This document shows positions 1-7,774 of a DNA stretch of 41,206 nt, one piece after another. This stretch comes from Treponematales bacterium (GTDB lineage: Bacteria; Spirochaetota; Spirochaetia; Treponematales; UBA12059): contig JBGSPT010000214.1 in assembly GCA_041738475.1 (NCBI GenBank), positions 1 through 41,206 of the forward strand, written 5' to 3'. Numbering within the stretch: the stretch's first letter is position 1; each line of letters starts with the position of its first letter. Both the position numbers and the translations under genes were made by a program. Under the pieces are notes generated by a model. That model was not told the origin of the DNA. It was given only the letters and a program-made list of their open reading frames with translations, and did no database searches.

Positions 1-1
1 G

Positions 2-919
2 ATGTCCGCGGTCCAGGCCCACGGCGCCGCGTTCGGCGCAGGAGCTGCAAACCGCGCGGACCCTGAAGCAGGTCGGCCGGTACCCGAAAAGAGCGTCAAA
101 GAAGCCTCGGAGGTCAAGGGAAAATCCAATGAGCGCGGCAAGACCCCGATACTCCGGGGAGAAGACGCCGCTCCGGCCGCCGCGGCTCCGGTTATAAAAC
201 CCGCGGCCCGGCCCGAAGAGGCGCAATTGTCCGGAGAAGACAGGTCCGCCGAAGGCTCCGGTGCGGGTCGACGCCGGGGCGGGCGGAAGGATGTTAAAGT
301 CTCCGTCCTGGATCTCCGCATGCGTCCTGATAATCCGGAGCTGGAACCGGGAGGGAAGTCCGGCGGAACTTCGGAGGGGCCCTCCACGACCCGCGAGACG
401 GTCCAGACGGGCGGCCGGCAGGCGGAGGCTCCCGTTCTTACGGAAAGGCCCACGAACGCCAAGCCGACCCAGGGATCGGGATTCTCCGACATTTTGGCCA
501 GGCACCTGTCGGACGCGGGGGCCCAGGATATCGTCAAGGCGGCCCACATCGTCCTGCGGGACGGGGATTCCGGGATGATCCGGCTCCGTCTGGAGCCGGA
601 ATCCCTGGGGAACGTCAAGATAGAACTCAAAATGACCGAGAAGAATATCACGGGGCGGATCGTCGTCGAAACGGACGAGGCCCGGAACGCCTTCGAGAAG
701 AGTCTCGGAGGACTCCGGGACGCTTTCGCGGAAGGCGGCTTCGAGACCGCCAGCCTGGAAGTATCCGTGGGCGGAGGCCAGGCCGAAGGGGGAGGGGATC
801 CCGCGGAGGCGGGGGAATCGCCCTTCTTCACGGAGAGGCTCCGCGATTTCGATCGATCCCTGCCTGCCGCCTCCGACGCCGCATACGGGTCGGACGGTAC
901 GGTGAATATCTGGGCATGA
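2..919 (+). CDS. fliK: Flagellar hook-length control protein FliK, C-terminal part (5' end lies outside the window)
   Basis: The ORF is open from the window edge. The N-terminal part is Pro/Ala/Gly-rich and looks disordered. The C-terminal block IRLRLEPESLGNVKIELKMTEKNITGRIVVETDEARNAFEKSLGGLRDAF resembles the FliK hook-length domain. It sits directly upstream of flgD-flgE. Confidence 0.75.
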   Translation: MSAVQAHGAAFGAGAANRADPEAGRPVPEKSVKEASEVKGKSNERGKTPILRGEDAAPAAAAPVIKPAARPEEAQLSGEDRSAEGSGAGRRRGGRKDVKVSVLDLRMRPDNPELEPGGKSGGTSEGPSTTRETVQTGGRQAEAPVLTERPTNAKPTQGSGFSDILARHLSDAGAQDIVKAAHIVLRDGDSGMIRLRLEPESLGNVKIELKMTEKNITGRIVVETDEARNAFEKSLGGLRDAFAEGGFETASLEVSVGGGQAEGGGDPAEAGESPFFTERLRDFDRSLPAASDAAYGSDGTVNIWA

Positions 920-975
920 TGCGCCGGGAGCCCCGGCCGGCACGGCCGGTCGCAAGGTTTTTCGCGCCATAGAGT

Positions 976-1425
976 ATGGAGGCCGATGGTATGGATTTTT
1001 CCGCGATGATGCACCCCGCCGAGTTGAGCAGAACACAGTTCGACGTGGACGCCTTCAACAAGTCCCTGAACGGCGGCAAGGCCTTCAAGCCCACCCTGGA
1101 CAAGGACGATTTCCTCAAGATCCTCATAACCCAGCTGCAGAACCAGGATCCGACCAAGCCCATGGAAGACAAGGAATTCATAGCCCAGATGGCCCAATTC
1201 TCCTCCCTGGAGCAGATGACCAACATGGGTAGGGAGTTCTCCAAGGTCGCCTCGGTGCTCCGGCTCGGCGAAGCCCAGGGGATGCTGGGCAAGAACGTGG
1301 AGATCGTGAACGGAGAATCTTCGGTCACCGGAACGGTGACCCAGATCGTTCGGGGGGAATTCCCCATGGTAATGGTGAACGGAACCTTCTACGACCTCGA
1401 TCAGGTCGAGAAGGTCATCGAGTAA
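976..1425 (+). CDS. flgD: Flagellar hook assembly/capping protein FlgD
   Basis: Carries the FlgD signature DKDDFLKILITQLQNQDPTKPMEDKEFIAQMAQFSSLEQM. An alternative start at ATG 991 follows GGAGG (978-982) with an 8-nt spacer. Confidence 0.9.
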   Translation: MEADGMDFSAMMHPAELSRTQFDVDAFNKSLNGGKAFKPTLDKDDFLKILITQLQNQDPTKPMEDKEFIAQMAQFSSLEQMTNMGREFSKVASVLRLGEAQGMLGKNVEIVNGESSVTGTVTQIVRGEFPMVMVNGTFYDLDQVEKVIE

Positions 1426-1437
1426 GGAGGCCTCTCC

Positions 1438-2829
1438 ATGATGCGATCCCTGTATTCCGGCGTCTCGGGCCTGCAGAACCACCAGGTCCGGATGGACGTG
1501 CTCGGACACAACATATCCAACGTCAACACCACGGGATACAAGAAGAACCGTGTGAATTTCCAGGACCTCCTGTACCAGCAGATGTCAGGCGCCGCGCGGC
1601 CCAACGAGGAAGTGGGCGGCGTGAATCCCAAGGAAATCGGCCTCGGGATGTCGATCGCCTCGGTGGACACGATTCATACCCAGGGTTCCCTTCAGACCAC
1701 GGGGGTGATGACGGACATAGCCATCCAGGGCAACGGGTTCTTCGTGCTCCAGAAGGGGGATTCCCGCTTCTTCACCCGGGCCGGGGCCTTCGGCCTGGAC
1801 CGGGACGGGCGCCTGGTGAACCCCGCGAACGGATACCGGGTCCAGGGCTGGAACGCCCAGATCGTGAACGGCCGGGAGATCCTGAACACATCCGGCGCCC
1901 TGGAGGACCTGGTCATCCCCGTGGGATCCAAAGATCCCGCAAAGGCTACCGAACAGGTCTACTTGGCCTGCAACCTGGACAAGCGCGTTCCGGAGATCCC
2001 CGAAGGCGCATCGGAAGAGACGATACTCCGGGGGACCTGGCGGGTGGAGGAGAAGATCTACGATTCCTTCGGGATCGAGCACATCCTTCGCATAGAGTTC
2101 ACCCGGGTGCCCGGCCAGCCGAACCAGTGGAACGCGGCGGTCACCGTGGATCCCGAGGCCGAGACCGCGACCAACACCGCCGCCGCCCTGGGCGAGGCCC
2201 CCGAAGGAACGAACAACTTCATCGTGGAGTTCACCAACCTGGGGACCCTCCGAAGGGTCGCGGACGCCCAGGGCAACCAGAGCCCCGAGGAAGGCGCGTT
2301 GGCGGTGAACATCGCCTTCGACGTCCAGGACGCTGCGGCGGAAGAGGGGGCCGGACCCGTACGGCAGACCTTCTCCCTGAACCTCGGGACCGCCGGGAGC
2401 GTACGGAGCACGGTGACCCAGTTCGCCGAAACTTCCAGCACCAAGGTCTTCGAGCAGGACGGGTACTCCATGGGCTACCTGGAGACCTTCAAGATAGATC
2501 AGTCCGGGATCATCACGGCGGTCTATTCCAACGGGTCCAACCGGACCATCGGGCAGATAGCCCTGGCCAGCTTCACCAACCCCGGGGGCCTGGAGAAGAC
2601 CGGGGAGACGAACTTCGTACAGTCCAACAACTCCGGCCTGGCGGACATCGGCCCCTCCGGCATCGCCGGAAAAGGCAAGATCATCGCGGGCACCCTGGAG
2701 ATGTCGAACGTGGACCTGGCCGAACAGTTCACGGACATGATCGTCACCCAGCGCGGTTTCCAGGCCAGTTCCAAGACCATACAGACCAGCGACCAGATGC
2801 TCCAGGAGCTTCTGACGCTGAAACGGTAG
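1438..2829 (+). CDS. flgE: Flagellar hook protein FlgE (463 aa), spirochete type
   Basis: N-terminus [36 protein letters not shown] and C-terminus [38 protein letters not shown] are typical rod/hook protein ends. AAGGAGG lies 7 nt upstream of the ATG. Lys165 (1930-1932) and Cys178 (1969-1971) are present. Confidence 0.95.
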   Translation: MMRSLYSGVSGLQNHQVRMDVLGHNISNVNTTGYKKNRVNFQDLLYQQMSGAARPNEEVGGVNPKEIGLGMSIASVDTIHTQGSLQTTGVMTDIAIQGNGFFVLQKGDSRFFTRAGAFGLDRDGRLVNPANGYRVQGWNAQIVNGREILNTSGALEDLVIPVGSKDPAKATEQVYLACNLDKRVPEIPEGASEETILRGTWRVEEKIYDSFGIEHILRIEFTRVPGQPNQWNAAVTVDPEAETATNTAAALGEAPEGTNNFIVEFTNLGTLRRVADAQGNQSPEEGALAVNIAFDVQDAAAEEGAGPVRQTFSLNLGTAGSVRSTVTQFAETSSTKVFEQDGYSMGYLETFKIDQSGIITAVYSNGSNRTIGQIALASFTNPGGLEKTGETNFVQSNNSGLADIGPSGIAGKGKIIAGTLEMSNVDLAEQFTDMIVTQRGFQASSKTIQTSDQMLQELLTLKR

Positions 2830-2833
2830 GAGG

Positions 2834-2950
2834 TAAACGGTGGACGGTGAACGGTAAACGGAAGTGGCACCAGTTGGCGGCTGCGAACCACGCTTGAGCG
2901 TCGGTTTTAGCCGCGGACTGCAAACATTTCCGTCCACCGTCCACCGTCCA
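2834..2950. repeat. Heptad tandem repeats forming a long imperfect inverted repeat across the flgE-flbD spacer
   Basis: Four tandem T[A/G][A/G]ACGG heptads lie at 2834-2861. Three perfect CCGTCCA heptads (their reverse complement) lie at 2930-2950. In one register this gives about 18 of 21 positions paired, plus flanking AA/TT. The 68-nt spacer contains GCGGCT...AGCCGC. Confidence 0.6.
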
Positions 2951-2954
2951 CGCC

Positions 2955-3152
2955 ATGATCGAACTCACCCAGCTTTCCGGCAAGACCTTCTGGATAAACC
3001 CGCACCAGATCGAATATATTGAGAAGAATCCCGACACGACGCTGATAATGCTTTCCGGGAAGCGGATCGTCGTGCTGGAGGGCGTGCCCGAGGTCCTCGG
3101 CCGGATCGTTGCCTACAGGCGGCAGATCGGCGCCTTCAAGAACGAGGAGTGA
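2955..3152 (+). CDS. flbD: Flagellar protein FlbD (65 aa)
   Basis: MIELTQLSGKTFWINPHQIEYIEKNPDTTLIMLSGKRIVV is the FlbD pattern. The flgE-flbD-motA-motB order is typical of spirochetes and clostridia. Confidence 0.85.
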   Translation: MIELTQLSGKTFWINPHQIEYIEKNPDTTLIMLSGKRIVVLEGVPEVLGRIVAYRRQIGAFKNEE

Positions 3153-3154
3153 GT

Positions 3155-3937
3155 ATGGATCTAGGTTCCCTGATCGGCCTAATCGGCGGTTTCGCCTGCA
3201 TCATCATGGCGATGTATACTTCGGGCGGCCAGGTGGGGACGTACATCGACGTCCCCTCCGTATTCATGACCATCGGCGGGTCCTACTGCGCCCTGCTCAT
3301 CAATTATTCCCTCAAGGAATCCATAGGGCTGTTCTCCATCCTGGGTAAATGCTTCCGGGTGGAGGAATTCGGGGAATCTAAGATCGTGGAGAAGCTCTAC
3401 GAGCTGGCCGAAAAGGCCCGGCGTGAGGGCATCCTCTCCCTGGAGGAAGTGATCGCCGAACTGGACGACAAGTTCATGCAGGCCGGGCTCCGCCTGGTGG
3501 TGGACGGAACGGACGCCGAGATCATACGCAACCTCATGGAGAACGAGCTCAACGCCATGAACGAGCGCCACGCCCGGTGGCTCAAGATGGTCGACGCTTG
3601 GTCCAAGCTGGCCCCGGGATTCGGGATGCTGGGCACCGTCCAGGGCCTCATCGCGATGATGAAGAACCTGGAGGACAAGAGCCGGATCGGACCCAACATG
3701 GCGGTGGCCCTGATCACCACCTACTACGGCGCCATGATGGCAAACTTCATCCTGACCCCCATGATGGGAAAGCTCGCGGCCAAGGACGCCATGGAGACCC
3801 GGCTTAGGGAGATGATCATCGAGGGCGTCCTGTCCATCCAGGCGGGCGACAACCCCCGCATCCTCCTTGTCAAGCTGACCTCCTACCTGGAACCCGCGGA
3901 CAAGAAGGAACTCATCGACAAGTACGGCAAGGACTGA
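3155..3937 (+). CDS. motA: Flagellar stator protein MotA
   Basis: Multi-pass membrane protein with a MotA/TolQ/ExbB C-terminal core ([15 protein letters not shown]...[19 protein letters not shown]). The ORF track starts at GTG 3149. ATG 3155 sits 5 nt after GAGGAG and gives the usual [13 protein letters not shown]-terminus. Confidence 0.9.
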   Translation: MDLGSLIGLIGGFACIIMAMYTSGGQVGTYIDVPSVFMTIGGSYCALLINYSLKESIGLFSILGKCFRVEEFGESKIVEKLYELAEKARREGILSLEEVIAELDDKFMQAGLRLVVDGTDAEIIRNLMENELNAMNERHARWLKMVDAWSKLAPGFGMLGTVQGLIAMMKNLEDKSRIGPNMAVALITTYYGAMMANFILTPMMGKLAAKDAMETRLREMIIEGVLSIQAGDNPRILLVKLTSYLEPADKKELIDKYGKD

Positions 3938-3939
3938 TC

Positions 3940-4671
3940 ATGGCCAAGAAACAGCGGAAGGAGATCGGAGGGGGCACCGGGGAGTGGATCGTAACCTACT
4001 CCGACATGGTGACCCTGCTCCTCTGCTTCTTCGTGGCCCTCTTCGACGTCACGGACGTGGACATCACCCAGATGCAGGTGCTCATATCCTCGATGAACAA
4101 CATCGGCATGGGAGCCTCCACGGGGGGCAACACCCTCTCGGTGGGCAAGCTGGCGGAACTGGGGAATACGGTTTCCACCCTGCCTTCCATGGAAAAGGGC
4201 AGGCTCCTGGCCACGGCCAAGAAAAAGGCCACCAGCCTCTTCCAGCCGGAGATCAAGTCCAACAAGGTGCGTATCTCCACGGACGAGCGGGGGATCGTGA
4301 TCTCCCTGGCCTCGGACGCCTTTTTCCGTCCCGCAAGCGCGGACGTGAACATAGAGGAGACCCGGACCATGCTCGTGCGTCTGGCGGAGCTCCTGAAGAG
4401 CGACGAGCTGGCGGGCCGTAAATTCCGCATCGAAGGACATACGGACGCGACCAGCACGGATCCCGCGGGACCCTGGAGGTCCAACTGGGAGCTCTCCGCC
4501 GCCCGGTCCCTCAATGTCCTGCACTATCTCACGGACTTCGGGGCGGACGAGCGGCGCTTCCAGGTGGCCGGGTTCGCGGACACCGTGCCCATAGCCTCCA
4601 ACGACACCGAGGAAGGCAGGGCGTACAACCGGATGGTGGACATCATCATCCTGGACGAAGCCCACCTGTAG
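3940..4671 (+). CDS. motB: Flagellar stator protein MotB (OmpA-like C-terminal domain)
   Basis: N-terminal plug/TM segment [20 protein letters not shown] with the conserved Asp. C-terminal OmpA-like region [25 protein letters not shown]...YNRMVDIII. Confidence 0.9.
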   Translation: MAKKQRKEIGGGTGEWIVTYSDMVTLLLCFFVALFDVTDVDITQMQVLISSMNNIGMGASTGGNTLSVGKLAELGNTVSTLPSMEKGRLLATAKKKATSLFQPEIKSNKVRISTDERGIVISLASDAFFRPASADVNIEETRTMLVRLAELLKSDELAGRKFRIEGHTDATSTDPAGPWRSNWELSAARSLNVLHYLTDFGADERRFQVAGFADTVPIASNDTEEGRAYNRMVDIIILDEAHL

Positions 4672-4756
4672 GCCGGCCTTCCCGGCGGCCCGTGGACCGG
4701 CTTCCGCGGGGCGGCCTTCACGGGGCGGCCGGCGCGGAGGGACCCGCAATTTCCGC

Positions 4757-4784
4757 GAAAGCCGGACATTCTTTTCGCCGATCA
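4757..4784 (+). promoter_or_regulatory. Candidate sigma28 (FliA)-type promoter upstream of fliL
   Basis: GCCGATCA at 4777-4784 matches 7 of 8 positions of the GCCGATAA -10 consensus. GAAAG at 4757-4761 lies 15-16 nt upstream and is a weak TAAA-like -35. The site is in the 199-nt motB-fliL gap. Confidence 0.35.
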
Positions 4785-4870
4785 TTACATAGAGGATGTT
4801 CCCGGCACGGGAACGCGGGACCTTCCGGGTCTCGGACCCGGGGTTTCCCGACGCAATTCGGAGGTACGGA

Positions 4871-5425
4871 ATGGGCGACAGCTTCGATGACCAGGGCTTG
4901 AACCTCAACGAGGAGGGCGGAGCGGCCCCCGCTCCCGCACGGGCCAAGGGGGGCGGTGCCGGCATCCTTCGCCTTCTCATGTGGATCGGGATCGCCCTGG
5001 GGGCCGTCATCTTCGTGGTGACCGTGGTGATCGTCACGGTGAACATCGTCAACAAGCAGGGCAAGCCCATGACCCAGGTGGCGCTGGGGGAGAGTTACCA
5101 ACGGGCCAGCCCGGAGTACGAGTATTTCACCACCATCGGGGAGATCCGTACGCGGACCATCGACAACGAGCCGTCCTCCATCGTGGTCAAGATCAACCTG
5201 GGCTTCGAGAAGGGGGACAAGGACACCCCCGCCATGCTCACCGCCCGGATCCACCAGATGCGGGACAGGCTGCGCAACTATTTCAGCGCGAAGACCGCGG
5301 ACTACCTCGCCCCGAAGAACGAACAGCGGCTCAAGGAAGAGATACGCGAGGAGCTCAACAACATGTTGAACAAGCCGTCCATCAAGGAAGTGCTCTTCGA
5401 GAAGCTGGACGTGATCAAGATGTAA
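4871..5425 (+). CDS. fliL: Flagellar basal-body-associated protein FliL
   Basis: Single TM segment (LRLLMWIGIALGAVIFVVTVVIVTV) followed by a FliL-type periplasmic domain. GGAGG at 4859-4863 lies 7 nt before ATG 4871. The ORF-track start at 4796 has no such site. Confidence 0.85.
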   Translation: MGDSFDDQGLNLNEEGGAAPAPARAKGGGAGILRLLMWIGIALGAVIFVVTVVIVTVNIVNKQGKPMTQVALGESYQRASPEYEYFTTIGEIRTRTIDNEPSSIVVKINLGFEKGDKDTPAMLTARIHQMRDRLRNYFSAKTADYLAPKNEQRLKEEIREELNNMLNKPSIKEVLFEKLDVIKM

Positions 5426-5483
5426 AAGCCGGCCTTGAACGCCGGAACGATTCATGCAATGATGGGACGCGGGAGGGGGAGGC

Positions 5484-6518
5484 ATGACGGAAGTCCTGTC
5501 CCAGGATGAGATAGACCAGCTCCTCACGGCGATCAACGCGGGGGAAACGGACGTGGAGGCCATCCGGCCGACCACGGATTCCCGCAAGATCAAGATCTAC
5601 GACTTCAAGCGGCCGGACAAGTTCTCCAAGGAACAGATCCGCACCGTGCAGATCATGCACGAGACCTTCGCCCGCCTGACCACCACCAGCCTCTCCGCCT
5701 CCCTGCGCACCCTGGTCCACGTCCACGTGGCCTCGGTGGACCAGCTGACCTACGAGGAATTTATCCGGTCCATCCCCACGCCGACCACCCTCGCGGTGGT
5801 GAGCATGGACCCCCTGAAGGGCCAGGCCATCCTGGAAATAGACCCATCCGTGACCTTTACCATCATCGACCGCCTCTTCGGCGGTTCCGGAGAAGGTTCC
5901 AAGCTCAACCGGGAGCTCACGGACATCGAGCACTCCGTCATGGAGGGCATCATCGTCCGGATCCTGGGGAACATGCGGGAAGCCTGGACCCAGGTGATCG
6001 ACCTCAGGCCCCGGCTTTCCCAAATCGAGACGAACCCCCAGTTCGCCCAGATCGTTCCCCCCACGGAGATGGTGGTCCTGGTCACCTTGGAGACCAAGGT
6101 CGGGGAGATCGAGGGGATGATGAACCTCTGCATCCCCTACCTTACCATCGAACCCATCGTCTCCAAGCTCTCGGCCCAGTACTGGTACAGCTCCGTCCGG
6201 CGGGGCGCCACCACGGAAAACCTGAACATCCTGAAGGAAAAGCTCTCCACCGTGGAGATTCCCGTGATAGCGGAGATCGGGAAGATCCAGGTGTCCGTCC
6301 GGGACGTGCTGTCCCTGCGGGCCGGCGACGTCGTCCGGCTCTATAACGTGAAGGTCGACGATCCCATGGTCCTCAACGTGGGAAACAAGAAGAAGTTCCT
6401 CTGCCGTCCCGGCGTGATCGGCCGAAAGATGGCCGTCCAGATCACCAAGAAGCTGGAGGACGTCGGGCAGGAGGAGTTCGAGGAACTTACATCGGAAGAA
6501 GGAGAATCCTATGAGTGA
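5484..6518 (+). CDS. fliM: Flagellar motor switch protein FliM
   Basis: N-terminal CheY-P-binding peptide LSQDEIDQLL, a FliM middle domain, and a C-terminal SpoA-like region. A strong GGGAGGGGGAGG precedes the start. Confidence 0.95.
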   Translation: MTEVLSQDEIDQLLTAINAGETDVEAIRPTTDSRKIKIYDFKRPDKFSKEQIRTVQIMHETFARLTTTSLSASLRTLVHVHVASVDQLTYEEFIRSIPTPTTLAVVSMDPLKGQAILEIDPSVTFTIIDRLFGGSGEGSKLNRELTDIEHSVMEGIIVRILGNMREAWTQVIDLRPRLSQIETNPQFAQIVPPTEMVVLVTLETKVGEIEGMMNLCIPYLTIEPIVSKLSAQYWYSSVRRGATTENLNILKEKLSTVEIPVIAEIGKIQVSVRDVLSLRAGDVVRLYNVKVDDPMVLNVGNKKKFLCRPGVIGRKMAVQITKKLEDVGQEEFEELTSEEGESYE

Positions 6519-7632
6519 CGGCGCCTTGTCTCAGGAAGAGATAGACTCCCTCCTGGCCGGCCTGGATACGGGCGGGGGCAAGGCGGCAGCCGCTCCCGGA
6601 GCCGCGGCGGCCGGAAACGTTTCCCGGGAAGCCCAGTTCTTCAAGTCCATCCTGGAGGGAACGGCGGGTTCCCAGTCCCAGAACCTGTCCATGATCACGG
6701 GGCTCGAGGTGACCGTAGGAGCGCCCCAGGTTGACCAGGTCCAGCGGGACGCGGTCCTGCAGTCGGTTCCGGAGGAAGTCCTCGCGGTCCAGATCGACAT
6801 GACCGGCGGCATCCCCGGGGAACACCTGTTCATCCTGTCCAAGGAAACCGCCGTGAGGATCGCGTCCCTGGCGAACAAGGACGATTCCCTGACGGACCTG
6901 GACGACATGGCCATCTCCGCGGTCTCCGAGTGCGTATCCACCCTGACCGGAACCCTGATCACGGTCTTCACGGACCGGACCGGAAACCGGAGTCTCCAAT
7001 CCTCCTCCGCCGAGGGCAGTTACGTTCCCAAGGCGATGGTCCGGCTGCCCTCCGGGGACTTCATCCGGGTCGTGTGGCCGGTCAACATCGGCGGGAAGCC
7101 CGAGCAGTTCATGGAGACCTTCTCCCTTCCCTTCGTGCGGGACGTGGTGGCCGCCGCCGGAGGCGGCGGAGCCTCCTCCCAATCCGTCCAACCCTCCGCC
7201 GCCCCGGCGATGGGCGGCCAGGGGATGAATATGTCGGGAATGCAGGGTATGTATTCCCAGCCCATGGGAGGGATGTTCGCGGGCATGGCCAATCCCCTGG
7301 GAGGCATGAGTCCCCCCAACGTCCAGCCCGTCCAGTTCGCCAACCTCGCCATGCAGAGCGCCCCCGTGGAGTCCGGAAACATCGGCCTCATCATGGACGT
7401 CTTCATGGAGATGACCGTGGAGCTCGGCCGGACCCGCAAACTCATCAAGGAGATCCTGGGCATGGGCGAGGGTACCATCATCGAGCTGGACAAACTGGCC
7501 GGAGAACCCGTGGACATCCTGGTCAACCACAAGCTCATAGCCAAGGGCGAGGTTGTCGTCATCGACGAGAATTTCGGCGTCCGGGTCACGGAAATCGTGT
7601 CTCCCATGGAGCGGATGAGCGACATGAGCTAG
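6511..7632 (+). CDS. fliY: Flagellar switch protein FliY (long FliN-family protein: N-terminal EIDxLL peptide, CheC-like middle region, FliN/SpoA C-terminus)
   Basis: LSQEEIDSLL at the N-terminus. C-terminus LIMDVFMEMTVELGRTRKLIKEILGMGEGTIIELDKLAGEPVDILVNHKLIAKGEVVVIDENFGVRVTEI is a FliN domain. At 373 aa it matches FliY rather than short FliN. It overlaps fliM by 8 nt. Confidence 0.85.
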   Translation: MSDGALSQEEIDSLLAGLDTGGGKAAAAPGAAAAGNVSREAQFFKSILEGTAGSQSQNLSMITGLEVTVGAPQVDQVQRDAVLQSVPEEVLAVQIDMTGGIPGEHLFILSKETAVRIASLANKDDSLTDLDDMAISAVSECVSTLTGTLITVFTDRTGNRSLQSSSAEGSYVPKAMVRLPSGDFIRVVWPVNIGGKPEQFMETFSLPFVRDVVAAAGGGGASSQSVQPSAAPAMGGQGMNMSGMQGMYSQPMGGMFAGMANPLGGMSPPNVQPVQFANLAMQSAPVESGNIGLIMDVFMEMTVELGRTRKLIKEILGMGEGTIIELDKLAGEPVDILVNHKLIAKGEVVVIDENFGVRVTEIVSPMERMSDMS

Positions 7633-7727
7633 TCGCCCGGGCCGGATCCCGGCTCCGGACCGCCGGGGCGGGATCCGTCCGACCGAACCCCAAAAAATCA
7701 CTTATTTCCCTTTCCCGTCAATATCTA

Positions 7728-7756
7728 TTGCAATTCTGAATTCCGTGATGTAGAAT
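7728..7756 (+). promoter_or_regulatory. Candidate sigma70-type internal promoter (TTGCAA-N17-TAGAAT)
   Basis: TTGCAA at 7728-7733, a 17-nt spacer, and TAGAAT at 7751-7756. It lies in an AT-rich 140-nt fliY-fliO gap that stands out from the GC-rich surroundings. Confidence 0.4.
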
Positions 7757-7774
7757 ATATCCCGGAGGGGAAAG

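Noticed and set aside
933-962. A GC hairpin (CCGGCCG-GCA-CGGCCGG) followed by TTTTT between fliK and flgD, possibly a terminator.
   Set aside because: The T-run starts 8 nt after the stem, and flgD-flgE must be expressed downstream in the same operon. At most it is a weak attenuator, so it is not called.
2865-2880. TGGCACCAGTTGGCGG in the flgE-flbD spacer, which looks like a sigma54 -24/-12 element.
   Set aside because: The GG and GC dinucleotides are separated by 9 nt rather than the required 10. The -12 region reads TTGGC rather than TTGC at the right phase. It is kept only as a note, because a sigma54 activator is encoded in the window.
1585-2937. A 450-aa ORF on the minus strand covering flgE.
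   Set aside because: It lies antisense to a clearly recognisable FlgE. Its translation is Gly/Arg/Pro/Leu-rich with no motifs. This is a typical shadow ORF in GC-rich DNA.
2834-2950. Short tandem repeats considered as a CRISPR-like or minisatellite array.
   Set aside because: The units are only 7 nt with no spacers. The two blocks are inverted relative to each other. This is better explained as an RNA or DNA stem (reported as a finding).
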